A DNA stretch of 64,000 nt from an uncultured Pseudomonadota bacterium (GCA_946613885.1 CAMOGA010000003.1:11764-75763), one strand, 5' to 3'; counted from the first letter of the stretch, positions 56,110-63,504 are shown. Notes: generated from the letters alone by a model not told the origin. Made by a program: numbers and translations.

Positions 56110-56628
56110 ATGGCGAACATTCCAAATACAGAATATATCACAATTAATAAAGATGATGTTTTTGTTGGTGGAAAACCGGCGATAAAATATCGTGGGGTAG
56201 AAATAGCGTGGATTGAATATTTATGGGAACATTTTGAAGCGATACAAAAAATACATCCAGATATTATGGAAATGCACGCCCTGTCATCAGAAACACGTGG
56301 TGAATATGGCGTGATTGGTAACCCATCGGCAAAACACGGTTACAACGCATGGTGTCGTGCAAAATTTAATAATGGACGTGTTTTCCCATGGGTGTTTGTT
56401 AGAGAGTATGATTTTATGGATGAATGCGCAAGTCGTTGTGCATATCAAACTCTGGATGACTTTCGTCTTTCTGCACAAATGCGTTCTGCCGCTTTGGGGA
56501 CACCAGATCATTTGATAAAGGCATTAAAAGACGTGGATTTATCTAACTGTGTTGGCAAACCTGTGCAATTAAACGGATATGAAATCGTTGTAAGAAAACT
56601 TGCTGAAACTAAACAAAATAAAAGATAA
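56110..56628 (+). CDS. array cassette A4 (family A, AT-rich type)
   Basis: MANIPNTEYITINKDDVFVGGKPAIKYRG.., NAWCRAKF, ECASRCAYQ, tail VQLNGYEIVVRKLAETKQNKR*. Confidence 0.85.
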   Translation: MANIPNTEYITINKDDVFVGGKPAIKYRGVEIAWIEYLWEHFEAIQKIHPDIMEMHALSSETRGEYGVIGNPSAKHGYNAWCRAKFNNGRVFPWVFVREYDFMDECASRCAYQTLDDFRLSAQMRSAALGTPDHLIKALKDVDLSNCVGKPVQLNGYEIVVRKLAETKQNKR

Positions 56629-56640
56629 AAGGAGTAAATA
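56572..56640 (+). repeat. 69-nt direct repeat, copy 1 (3' tail of A4 plus junction); copy 2 at 56988-57056
   Basis: AACGGATATGAAAT[C/T]GTTGTAAGAAAACTTGCTGAAAC[T/C]AAACAAA[A/T][T/C]AAAAGATAAAA... is repeated on both sides of cassette 56641..56979. Confidence 0.85.
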
Positions 56641-56979
56641 ATGTCTAAAATTTTAAAAGAAAAATGGAAAAATGTTCGTGCTGCAAAAAAAGCAAAAAAG
56701 ATCGCAGAATCTGAAATAGTCGAAACAAGCACTGAAAGGCCAGATAATGTTTGCATATTTAATGAGATTCAACGGATTCCAGATAGGTTGAAAGATAAAG
56801 AATTTCCTGCACCAATGATAATTGTTCGTCATTGTGAACATTTTTCAGAAGGTCAAATCTGTGATAACGCAGATTGTCCTATGCATGATAAAAATGTGCA
56901 ATATATATCTGCATTAAAAAAACACAAACAAGAACGTCGTGAATTTTTCCACATGTTATTTCATGGTCGTAAAAGATAA
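56641..56979 (+). CDS. array cassette S2 (singleton, basic N-terminus, Cys/His cluster)
   Basis: 112 aa. HCEHFSEGQICDNADCPMHD looks like a small metal-binding motif. Tail ..HGRKR*. Bracketed by the 69-nt direct repeats. Confidence 0.65.
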   Translation: MSKILKEKWKNVRAAKKAKKIAESEIVETSTERPDNVCIFNEIQRIPDRLKDKEFPAPMIIVRHCEHFSEGQICDNADCPMHDKNVQYISALKKHKQERREFFHMLFHGRKR

Positions 56980-56987
56980 AATAAAAA

Positions 56988-57043
56988 ACGGATATGAAAT
57001 TGTTGTAAGAAAACTTGCTGAAACCAAACAAATCAAAAGATAA
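56988..57043 (+). pseudogene. orphan 3' tail fragment of a family-A cassette
   Basis: Encodes only NGYEIVVRKLAETKQIKR* with no upstream body. Near-identical to the end of A4. Confidence 0.8.
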
Positions 57044-57056
57044 AAAGGTAAATAAA

Positions 57057-57488
57057 ATGGCGAATCCATACAGTGTGTTTGACGAAAATGGACACTATAA
57101 ACCCGGAACATATAATAACGGGTATGGTTCCAAAACAGGAATGCCGATTAAAAAAAATCCAGAATGGCATGAAAGTGATTTTCATGGCACGTCCGCTGTT
57201 TATCCAACGTATGTTTATAATGTGTATCCTTATCGTACAATGGGTGGTTTATTTGGTAGTAAACCTGTCACATACTATAATGTTCGTGTGCGGTTTAATT
57301 CTGAATCCAAAGGTATGGAGCCACCACGCGCATTGGATTGTGCAGAAATTTATGTGGATAACAGCCCTTATCAATCATATTGGGAAGCGGTATATGAATT
57401 TCATGATGGTTTGTTTAAATCTGCACAACAAAAGGCAAATGATTTTTATAGCGAAATTGTAAATCAAATACGTTCGAATAAAAGATAA
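57057..57488 (+). CDS. array cassette S3 (singleton, 143 aa)
   Basis: Start MANPYSVFDENGHYKPG at ATG 57057 behind the junction. The track ORF 57015 is an upstream extension. Tail ..IVNQIRSNKR*. Confidence 0.7.
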   Translation: MANPYSVFDENGHYKPGTYNNGYGSKTGMPIKKNPEWHESDFHGTSAVYPTYVYNVYPYRTMGGLFGSKPVTYYNVRVRFNSESKGMEPPRALDCAEIYVDNSPYQSYWEAVYEFHDGLFKSAQQKANDFYSEIVNQIRSNKR

Positions 57489-57501
57489 AAGGTTCGCAAT
57501 C

Positions 57502-57942
57502 ATGACAGAAAAAAACGAAAATCAAACAAATAAAAAAACCAAAGATGTATCTTCATCTTTTCCACTTTATATGATGTGTGTTCTGGTCGCGGGAATGATT
57601 GGTGCCGAGATATATCTGACATTTGGTAGAAAATCAGAATACAAAAATGTCGTTGTTAAAAACAACAAAGATAAAATATTAGTTCGTGATATTTGTACCG
57701 ACAAACAAGAAAGAATTTTAACTGGTATTGGTATGCATGATGCTAGCAGCGACTATAAATATTTGGTTCCTGGGGATACAATCATCGTCAAATTCGACAA
57801 AGATGAGTATAAAAGCAATAAAGTGCTTTATTATCCATTTATACAATACAATCGTGACAGTACCTGGGCCAGACAGCAACGCGCTAAATTTAACCAAATC
57901 AAAGATTCTGTGTTTGCCGAAACGCAACAAAATAAAAGATAA
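57502..57942 (+). CDS. array cassette B2 (family B, N-terminal TM anchor)
   Basis: 146 aa. 14 differences from B1 by hand alignment. Tail SVFAETQQNKR*. Confidence 0.85.
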   Translation: MTEKNENQTNKKTKDVSSSFPLYMMCVLVAGMIGAEIYLTFGRKSEYKNVVVKNNKDKILVRDICTDKQERILTGIGMHDASSDYKYLVPGDTIIVKFDKDEYKSNKVLYYPFIQYNRDSTWARQQRAKFNQIKDSVFAETQQNKR

Positions 57943-57956
57943 AAAGGTTCGCAATC

Positions 57957-58514
57957 ATGACAGATACTAAAAATACAGAATATATCACTGTAAATGCCAA
58001 TGGGATTTTTGTTGGGGGAAAAACCACAACAACATATCGTGGTGAAGATATATGCGGTATGCAAGATGTCAAAAATATGTTTGCATGGATGCAGGAACAA
58101 AATCCAGAAATAGAGGAATTTCATATTGGTGCATTTGAAACGCGTGGCGAACATGCAAAACCGGGCAATCCGAATGGTGTGTTTGGTCCAAATGCATGGT
58201 GTCGTGTGAAATATAAAAATGGTAACTTGGGTGCTTGGGTCTTCAACTACACGAGCAATTCGGCCGCCGGTTGTGCGAACTACTGTGCGGGCAACTGCGC
58301 GTACTACGTCCGCGGCGACTCCGCCTTTCGCGCGGCGGTGTTTGGTGCGACAATTAAAAAACAAAATGTCAAACCTGTGACACAGCCAGAAGCAGAACTT
58401 AAACGAAAATTACAAGGAACAGATTTATCAAAATTGGTTGGCAAACCTGTGCAATTAAACGGTTATAAAATCATTGTTGAAAAAATTGCCGAAACGCAAC
58501 AAAATAAAAGATAA
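57957..58514 (+). CDS. array cassette A5 (family A, GC-rich patch)
   Basis: MTDTKNTEYITVNANGIFVGGKTTTTYRG.., NAWCRVKY, GC-rich patch 58236-58349, tail VQLNGYKIIVEKIAETQQNKR*. Confidence 0.88.
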   Translation: MTDTKNTEYITVNANGIFVGGKTTTTYRGEDICGMQDVKNMFAWMQEQNPEIEEFHIGAFETRGEHAKPGNPNGVFGPNAWCRVKYKNGNLGAWVFNYTSNSAAGCANYCAGNCAYYVRGDSAFRAAVFGATIKKQNVKPVTQPEAELKRKLQGTDLSKLVGKPVQLNGYKIIVEKIAETQQNKR

Positions 58515-58527
58515 AAGGTTCGCAATC

Positions 58528-59088
58528 ATGACAGATATACCAAATACAGAATATATTACAGTTAACAAAGACGGAATTTTTGTTGGGGGAAAACCTGCGA
58601 CAACATATCGTGGTGAAGAAATACGTTATTCAAACGTTGTGCGGAAATCTTTTGCCGACATCCAAAGATTAAATAAAAATGTTGCGGAATTGCATGTGTC
58701 GTCATCGGAAACATTTGGCGAATATGCAGAACCGGGTAATCCATCAGGAATCCATGGTCGAAACGCATGGTGTCGGGTGAAATTTAATGATGGATATGTT
58801 GCATCGTGGGTCTTCCGCTACACGTACAGTTCGGTCGCCCGTTGTGCGCTCAACTGTGCGTACGACTGCGCGCACGACATCCGTGAGCTCGCGCCGTTTC
58901 GTTTGGCGGTGTTGAGTGCGAATGATAAACAAAATTCACAGCCAAAACAAATTCAAAATCCAATCGTGTTATGTGATAAAAATGGAATTTATCATGTCAA
59001 AATTGGACATGAAGAATTTTCCGGCACACGCACAGAGGTTTTGAAACAAATGACATTGCGTATAAAAAGTTTTTTAAAGGTTCGGTAA
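58528..59088 (+). CDS. array cassette A6 (family A, GC-rich patch, divergent C-terminus)
   Basis: Start MTDIPNTEYITVNKDGIFVGGKPATTYRG at ATG 58528 behind the junction. GC-rich patch 58807-58920. Unrelated tail ..RIKSFLKVR*. Confidence 0.88.
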   Translation: MTDIPNTEYITVNKDGIFVGGKPATTYRGEEIRYSNVVRKSFADIQRLNKNVAELHVSSSETFGEYAEPGNPSGIHGRNAWCRVKFNDGYVASWVFRYTYSSVARCALNCAYDCAHDIRELAPFRLAVLSANDKQNSQPKQIQNPIVLCDKNGIYHVKIGHEEFSGTRTEVLKQMTLRIKSFLKVR

Positions 59089-59093
59089 AATCT

Positions 59094-59120
59094 AAAACCG
59101 TCCGGATGGGCGGTTTTTTG
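59094..59120 (+). terminator. rho-independent terminator closing the array
   Basis: AAAACCGTCCGGATGGGCGGTTTTTTG. Confidence 0.8.
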
Positions 59121-59187
59121 TTGATATCATTTGTTGCAAAGCAAGATTTTTCATGCTATTATTTCTCGTGATACAGAAAAAGGTTTT

Positions 59188-60405
59188 ATGATGAAAAATA
59201 CTCTGATGTTTGAATTAGAACAACGCGGATTTATTAATCAATGTTCAAATATTAATGCCGTTGCAGATTTATTGGATAACGGGCAAATCGCGGTTTATCT
59301 GGGTTCTGATCCAACTGCGGATTCTTTGCATGTGGGACATTTGGTGCCAATTATGATGATGCGTTGGTTGCAAAAATATGGTCATAAACCAATTATGTTG
59401 GTTGGTGGTGCAACCGGTCGAATTGGTGACCCGTCTGGCCGTGATACAGGTCGCCCAATGATGACTGAGGAAGTTTTACAAAAAAATGTTGCCGGGTTGA
59501 AAAAATCTTATTCTAAGTTTTTGAATTTTGGCGATGGGGAATCTGATGCGATTATCGTTGATAATTATGATTGGATGAAAAAATATTCGCATTTGGATTT
59601 TTTGGCGCAATATGGTTTGGATTTTACAATTCCACGTATGTTATCAATGGAAAGTGTAAAGAAACGTCTGGAAAACGGTATGACGTTTTTGGAATTTAAT
59701 TATATGACTTTTCAGGCGGTTGATTTCTTGACTCTTTATAAAGAACACAATTGTGTAATGCAACTGTGCGGTGCAGACCAATGGGGTAATGCAATTATGG
59801 GGGTGGAATTAATTCGCAAAAAAATGGGTAAAGAAGCATTTGTTTTGTCAACTGCACTGATTACAGATTCAAATGGAAACAAAATCGGAAAATCTGCCGG
59901 AAACGCAGTATGGGTTAATGAAGATAAAACAACCCCATATGAATATTATCAATATTTCCGCAATACACCGGACGAATTGGTTGAAAAGTTTTTAAAGATA
60001 TTCACAGAAATTCCATTGGAAGAAATTGCTGAATTGTCTAAAAAACAGGGCGCAGAATTAAATGATGTAAAAAAACGTCTGGCATTCGCAGCAACCGAAA
60101 TTGCGCATGGAACAGACGCGGCAAAATCCGCAGAAGATGCAGCAGCGGCATTATTCGGCGGTGGTGCAAACAATGCAAATGTGCCGTCAATTGATATTGA
60201 CATGCCAGAATCAATGGGGATAGTTGATTTCTTGGTTGCGGTAAAATTATTTGATTCTAAATCAGAAGCCCGCAGAACCATAGAACAGGGTGGTATCCAG
60301 ATTGATGGTGAAAAAATTACCGATAAAAATTACGTTGTTGAACCGCGCGAATCCATAATGGTCCAGCGTGGCAAGAAAGTATTTTTGCGTGTTAATGTAA
60401 AATAA
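59188..60405 (+). CDS. tyrS: tyrosine--tRNA ligase
   Basis: Start at MMKNTLMFELEQRGF (AAAAGG RBS). HVGH (HIGH) and KIGKS (KMSKS) motifs. C-terminal S4-like domain. Confidence 0.95.
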   Translation: MMKNTLMFELEQRGFINQCSNINAVADLLDNGQIAVYLGSDPTADSLHVGHLVPIMMMRWLQKYGHKPIMLVGGATGRIGDPSGRDTGRPMMTEEVLQKNVAGLKKSYSKFLNFGDGESDAIIVDNYDWMKKYSHLDFLAQYGLDFTIPRMLSMESVKKRLENGMTFLEFNYMTFQAVDFLTLYKEHNCVMQLCGADQWGNAIMGVELIRKKMGKEAFVLSTALITDSNGNKIGKSAGNAVWVNEDKTTPYEYYQYFRNTPDELVEKFLKIFTEIPLEEIAELSKKQGAELNDVKKRLAFAATEIAHGTDAAKSAEDAAAALFGGGANNANVPSIDIDMPESMGIVDFLVAVKLFDSKSEARRTIEQGGIQIDGEKITDKNYVVEPRESIMVQRGKKVFLRVNVK

Positions 60406-60449
60406 AAATTTGCAATTGGTGTATTTTTAATATAAAATTCACCACATAT

Positions 60450-60526
60450 GCGCCCATGGCTCAATTGGATAGAGCAACAGATTTCTAATCTGTGGGTTGC
60501 AGGTTCGAGTCCTGCTGGGCGCGCCA
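60450..60526 (+). tRNA. tRNA-Arg (anticodon UCU), CCA encoded
   Basis: Hand fold: GCGCCCA acceptor, anticodon stem ACAGA/TCTGT, loop TTTCTAA, T-arm GCAGG-TTCGAGT-CCTGC. Confidence 0.9.
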
Positions 60527-60964
60527 AAAATTAAATCGGGCAATGTCCCGATTTTATTTTGTCCCAGCAGGACGAGAACCTGGTTCGACAAGCAGTAGAT
60601 TTGGTAAGTGAAACGCGACCAAATCGTCACGATTGCCGCGCAGGCATTTATGCCGAGCGAGTACGCAGATAAACAATTAAGAAAATTTTAAAAAATCGCA
60701 GTTAACAAGATTTTTTTAATTTTATTTTATGTTTATCAAGGAAAACTGCTGGGCGCGCCAAAAATTAAATCGGGCAATGTCCCGATTTTATTTTTGTCCC
60801 AGCGGGACGAGAACCTGGTTCGACAAGCAGTAGATTTGGTAAGTGAAACGCGACCAAATCGTCACGATTGCCGCGCAGGCATTTATGCCGAGCGAGTACG
60901 CAGATAAACAATTAAGAAAATTTTAAAAAATCGCAGTTAACAAGATTTTTTTAATTTTATTTTA
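60512..60964 (+). repeat. tandem direct repeat (2 x ~220-234 bp) starting with the last 15 nt of tRNA-Arg
   Basis: CTGCTGGGCGCGCCAAAAATTAAATCGGGCAATGTCCCGATTTTATTTT... occurs at 60512 and again at 60746. Homology runs to about 60964. Confidence 0.9.
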
Positions 60965-61304
60965 CCGTTGTATAAAAAAAGATGTTTTTATTCCTTTTTT
61001 TAGGAATTTTTTGCGTTGTATATACACAAAGTATAGACATAAAAATACTTGATTAGTATTTATTTTTTTATATTGATAATATTCATTTTGTTCGGTTTTT
61101 TAGGGGGTATAGCAAAATAGTAAACCCTTTTGTTTATTGATATTTTTTTTGCCTTGTATAGACACAAAACGGCTTGACCCTGTTAAGCAATTTTTTCTAA
61201 TATAAACGTGTACAAAAAGGTATTTTTTCTGGTTGTCGGTTTGAAAGGAGGGCAGAAATCAAAAAATATCCGGTTGTACAAGAAAGGAAAGAGGAATAAC
61301 CTGC

Positions 61305-62510
61305 ATGTTTAAACGCATGATTTTTGGCGGATTGTTTACAGCAATGCTCGTATTGCCTGCTTTCTCTTTACCCCCATATTCTTTAGATCCTGAACTAGGA
61401 ACAGGTTTTAATTCTGATGCAAATGGCGAAATTTCTGGGGCCTGTGTTGTTGATTATTTGGGCGTGACCAGTGGCAACACAACATTAGAGGCAATTTGGG
61501 TTCCACGTATTTCTGGTGCAATAACATTAGATAGCAAGATATATACCAGTGAATCTGATACAACTGGTATTGTGCCAAATTCTGGTGCAACACCGACACC
61601 TGTATACAGTGAATATGGTACAGGTATTTATTCCGATTCGGCTGCACAAAATCCAGTGACACAATTGGCAACCGTACCGGCAAATGCGGGATATGAATTT
61701 TTAGGATTTTATACAGAAAAGTTTTCTGGGGGAAAACAGGTCATAGATGCCGGTGGTAATATTATCACAGATGCGGCATCTACGTTTGTTTCGGAAAGGG
61801 GACAACCTGCAACGTTCTATGCCAGATGGAAGGCAACAAAACATATGTGCCCAGACGGTTATATGGGCGAAGACACCGAATCGGATGCAGATTGTTATAA
61901 AGAAGTATCTGTTGCGTGTTCAACCATCAATCCATACGAACACGGTACTGCTACATACAGAAACACATCAGCGACATGCAGACAATATTATGGAAACGAA
62001 TCGGTTAATAATTGCGAATCGGTTCCAGACAGTACATGTGCTGTGACTGGTTTGACATGTAATGATGGTTATACATTGATATCTGAAAATGGCAGATTGA
62101 GTTGTACACAGGCGTTTGTTGAATGCGAAGCCGGAACATATTTGCCTGCAAATGCTAACGAATGCGTGGTTTGCACAGAAGATAATTACTGTCTGGGCGG
62201 TTTGTATACACCATATCAATCAAATGCTCAGGGTATTACACCATGCGAATCTGGTCTGAAATCACCAGCAGGTTCACAAAAGGCGGCAGATTGTGGTTAT
62301 ATCTTGCATGTCGGTGATGATAAGTTGTACCTGCACGCCGACAAGAATACCAGCCCGTCATTGGTGGTCGAAGTGGATGGTCAAAAATGGTACGGAGATG
62401 CAACACCTGTTGCAAATGGCAAGAAGACGATATCTGATGACACTAACAAGACGATGCACATGGAATACAAGGGTACAGAATACACAGTGCACGGCAGGTA
62501 TGTCGAATAG
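61305..62510 (+). CDS. secreted family-D protein with Listeria/Bacteroides-type repeat and furin/ephrin-receptor-like Cys repeats
   Basis: Signal peptide. ANAGYEFLGFYTE repeat signature. C-terminal CEAGTYLPANANECVVCTEDNYCLGG pattern. Confidence 0.8.
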   Translation: MFKRMIFGGLFTAMLVLPAFSLPPYSLDPELGTGFNSDANGEISGACVVDYLGVTSGNTTLEAIWVPRISGAITLDSKIYTSESDTTGIVPNSGATPTPVYSEYGTGIYSDSAAQNPVTQLATVPANAGYEFLGFYTEKFSGGKQVIDAGGNIITDAASTFVSERGQPATFYARWKATKHMCPDGYMGEDTESDADCYKEVSVACSTINPYEHGTATYRNTSATCRQYYGNESVNNCESVPDSTCAVTGLTCNDGYTLISENGRLSCTQAFVECEAGTYLPANANECVVCTEDNYCLGGLYTPYQSNAQGITPCESGLKSPAGSQKAADCGYILHVGDDKLYLHADKNTSPSLVVEVDGQKWYGDATPVANGKKTISDDTNKTMHMEYKGTEYTVHGRYVE

Positions 62511-62546
62511 TTAAGTGCAATATGCACAAAAAGTTTCCGCCCGGGA

Positions 62547-62565
62547 AAGGAAGGAAGGAAGGAAG
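62547..62565 (+). repeat. (AAGG/GGAA)n microsatellite
   Basis: AAGGAAGGAAGGAAGGAAG, with a second shorter run at 62580-62592. Confidence 0.85.
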
Positions 62566-62593
62566 CCAGAGTTTCCCGCAAGGAAGGAAGGGA

Positions 62594-62625
62594 GCCCCCG
62601 CCAAGAAATTGGCGGGAGTTTTTTT
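62594..62625 (+). terminator. rho-independent terminator
   Basis: CCCCCGCC-AAGAAATT-GGCGGGAG followed by TTTTTTT. Confidence 0.8.
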
Positions 62626-62702
62626 GTCAAAAAACGTTTGACAAATTATAATAATTGTCTATAATATCGACAAGGTTTTATAAATAACAAAAGGATTTTG
62701 AT

Positions 62703-63428
62703 ATGAATAAATCACAAAAAATAAGAAATGCGACTCGTAGAACTAGCAATACTAATATCAAAAAACGAATCGTTAAAATTATCACTTGGCCATGGCGTGC
62801 GTGTTGTGCAGTATGGAATTGGTTAAAATCTATCGATGTTGTTGGTATGATAAATTTAACATTGTTAGTTGTGATAATTGTTTTGTTTTCTGCGCTAATT
62901 ATGAATTTTGTATCGCGCAATAATTGCAAAATTGTAAAAAATACGAATCGATTGAATAATACTGAAATGGTTGCCCGTAAACAATCTGGGGCATCTGGTA
63001 ATGATACAATGCGCGTTGGTAAGCGTGTGTTTAAAACTACTTTGCCGATTCGTGCAGACAAACAAACAAATATAAAACCAAAAATCAAAACTGTTGGTGT
63101 TGCAAAGCCACAAATCATAGCCGAAGCATCTTTGCCAGCCAACGAATTGCCACAGCAGGTTATGTCTGGGGATGTCATTGTTGATAATAACCCATCCAGT
63201 CCAATTTTGTCCAACGGTGTAAAGATAAACGGTAATTTAATTATTCAAAATATGCGCAAATATACTATACCGTGTGATGCCAAAATAAACGGACATTTGT
63301 TTGTTCGTAATGCGCGTATAAACTTTTGTGGAAAATTTACAGTTAATGGGAATATTTATGTAAATCGTGGCTCTGCCTTTGGTTCTTTGCCATCAGATGC
63401 CAAAATAAATGGTCAAATTGTTCTGTAA
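62703..63428 (+). CDS. membrane-anchored protein with C-terminal beta-helix-like repeats
   Basis: Basic N-terminus, TM helix MINLTLLVVIIVLFSALIMNFV, repeated (A)KINGxLxVxN-type segments near the C-terminus. Confidence 0.65.
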   Translation: MNKSQKIRNATRRTSNTNIKKRIVKIITWPWRACCAVWNWLKSIDVVGMINLTLLVVIIVLFSALIMNFVSRNNCKIVKNTNRLNNTEMVARKQSGASGNDTMRVGKRVFKTTLPIRADKQTNIKPKIKTVGVAKPQIIAEASLPANELPQQVMSGDVIVDNNPSSPILSNGVKINGNLIIQNMRKYTIPCDAKINGHLFVRNARINFCGKFTVNGNIYVNRGSAFGSLPSDAKINGQIVL

Positions 63429-63456
63429 ATCAGCATGTTTTTTTGATTATTTAATA

Positions 63457-63486
63457 AAAAGTGTCTTTTTTTGACACTTTTTATTT
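63457..63486 (+). terminator. rho-independent terminator
   Basis: AAAAGTGTC-TTTTTTT-GACACTTTT followed by a T-rich run. Confidence 0.7.
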
Positions 63487-63504
63487 GGTTTTATGTTTTT
63501 TTTG

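Noticed and set aside
57041-57059. GGTTCGCAATC in the junctions resembling a tRNA T-loop (GGTTCGAATCC)
   Set aside because: The similarity covers only the 11-mer. There are no flanking stems or acceptor-like sequence, so it is most simply part of the RBS-to-ATG spacer.
57831-58364. Long antisense ORFs (57831..58364, 58744..58932, 52763..53017) opposite family-A genes, with conserved peptide DVVRAV.RTV.RTTG.R..RV.EDP
   Set aside because: They coincide exactly with the GC-rich, A-poor patches. A sense strand poor in A gives an antisense strand poor in T and therefore few stop codons. Conservation of the antisense peptide simply mirrors sense-strand conservation. No RBS or start context supports them.
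58236-58920. Calling the locus a bona fide diversity-generating retroelement
   Set aside because: No reverse transcriptase ORF (no YxDD-type motif in any track ORF), no template repeat and no obvious IMH/hairpin at the 3' end of the patches exist in this window. Several adenines are conserved between copies. It is kept as a hypothesis in the findings, not as an annotation.
50719-59088. Whether the repeated junctions make this a CRISPR array or an integron cassette array
   Set aside because: The repeats are partly coding and the units between them are 300-700-bp genes, so this is not a CRISPR. There are no cas genes, no intI integrase, no attI, and the junction has no attC-like imperfect palindrome that I can find. 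The resemblance to integrons is only conceptual.
60330-60630. ORFs 60330..60527 and 60439..60630 on the minus strand
   Set aside because: They run antisense through tRNA-Arg and its downstream repeat. The peptide GLEPATHRLEI.. is the typical artefact of translating a tRNA T-arm/acceptor.
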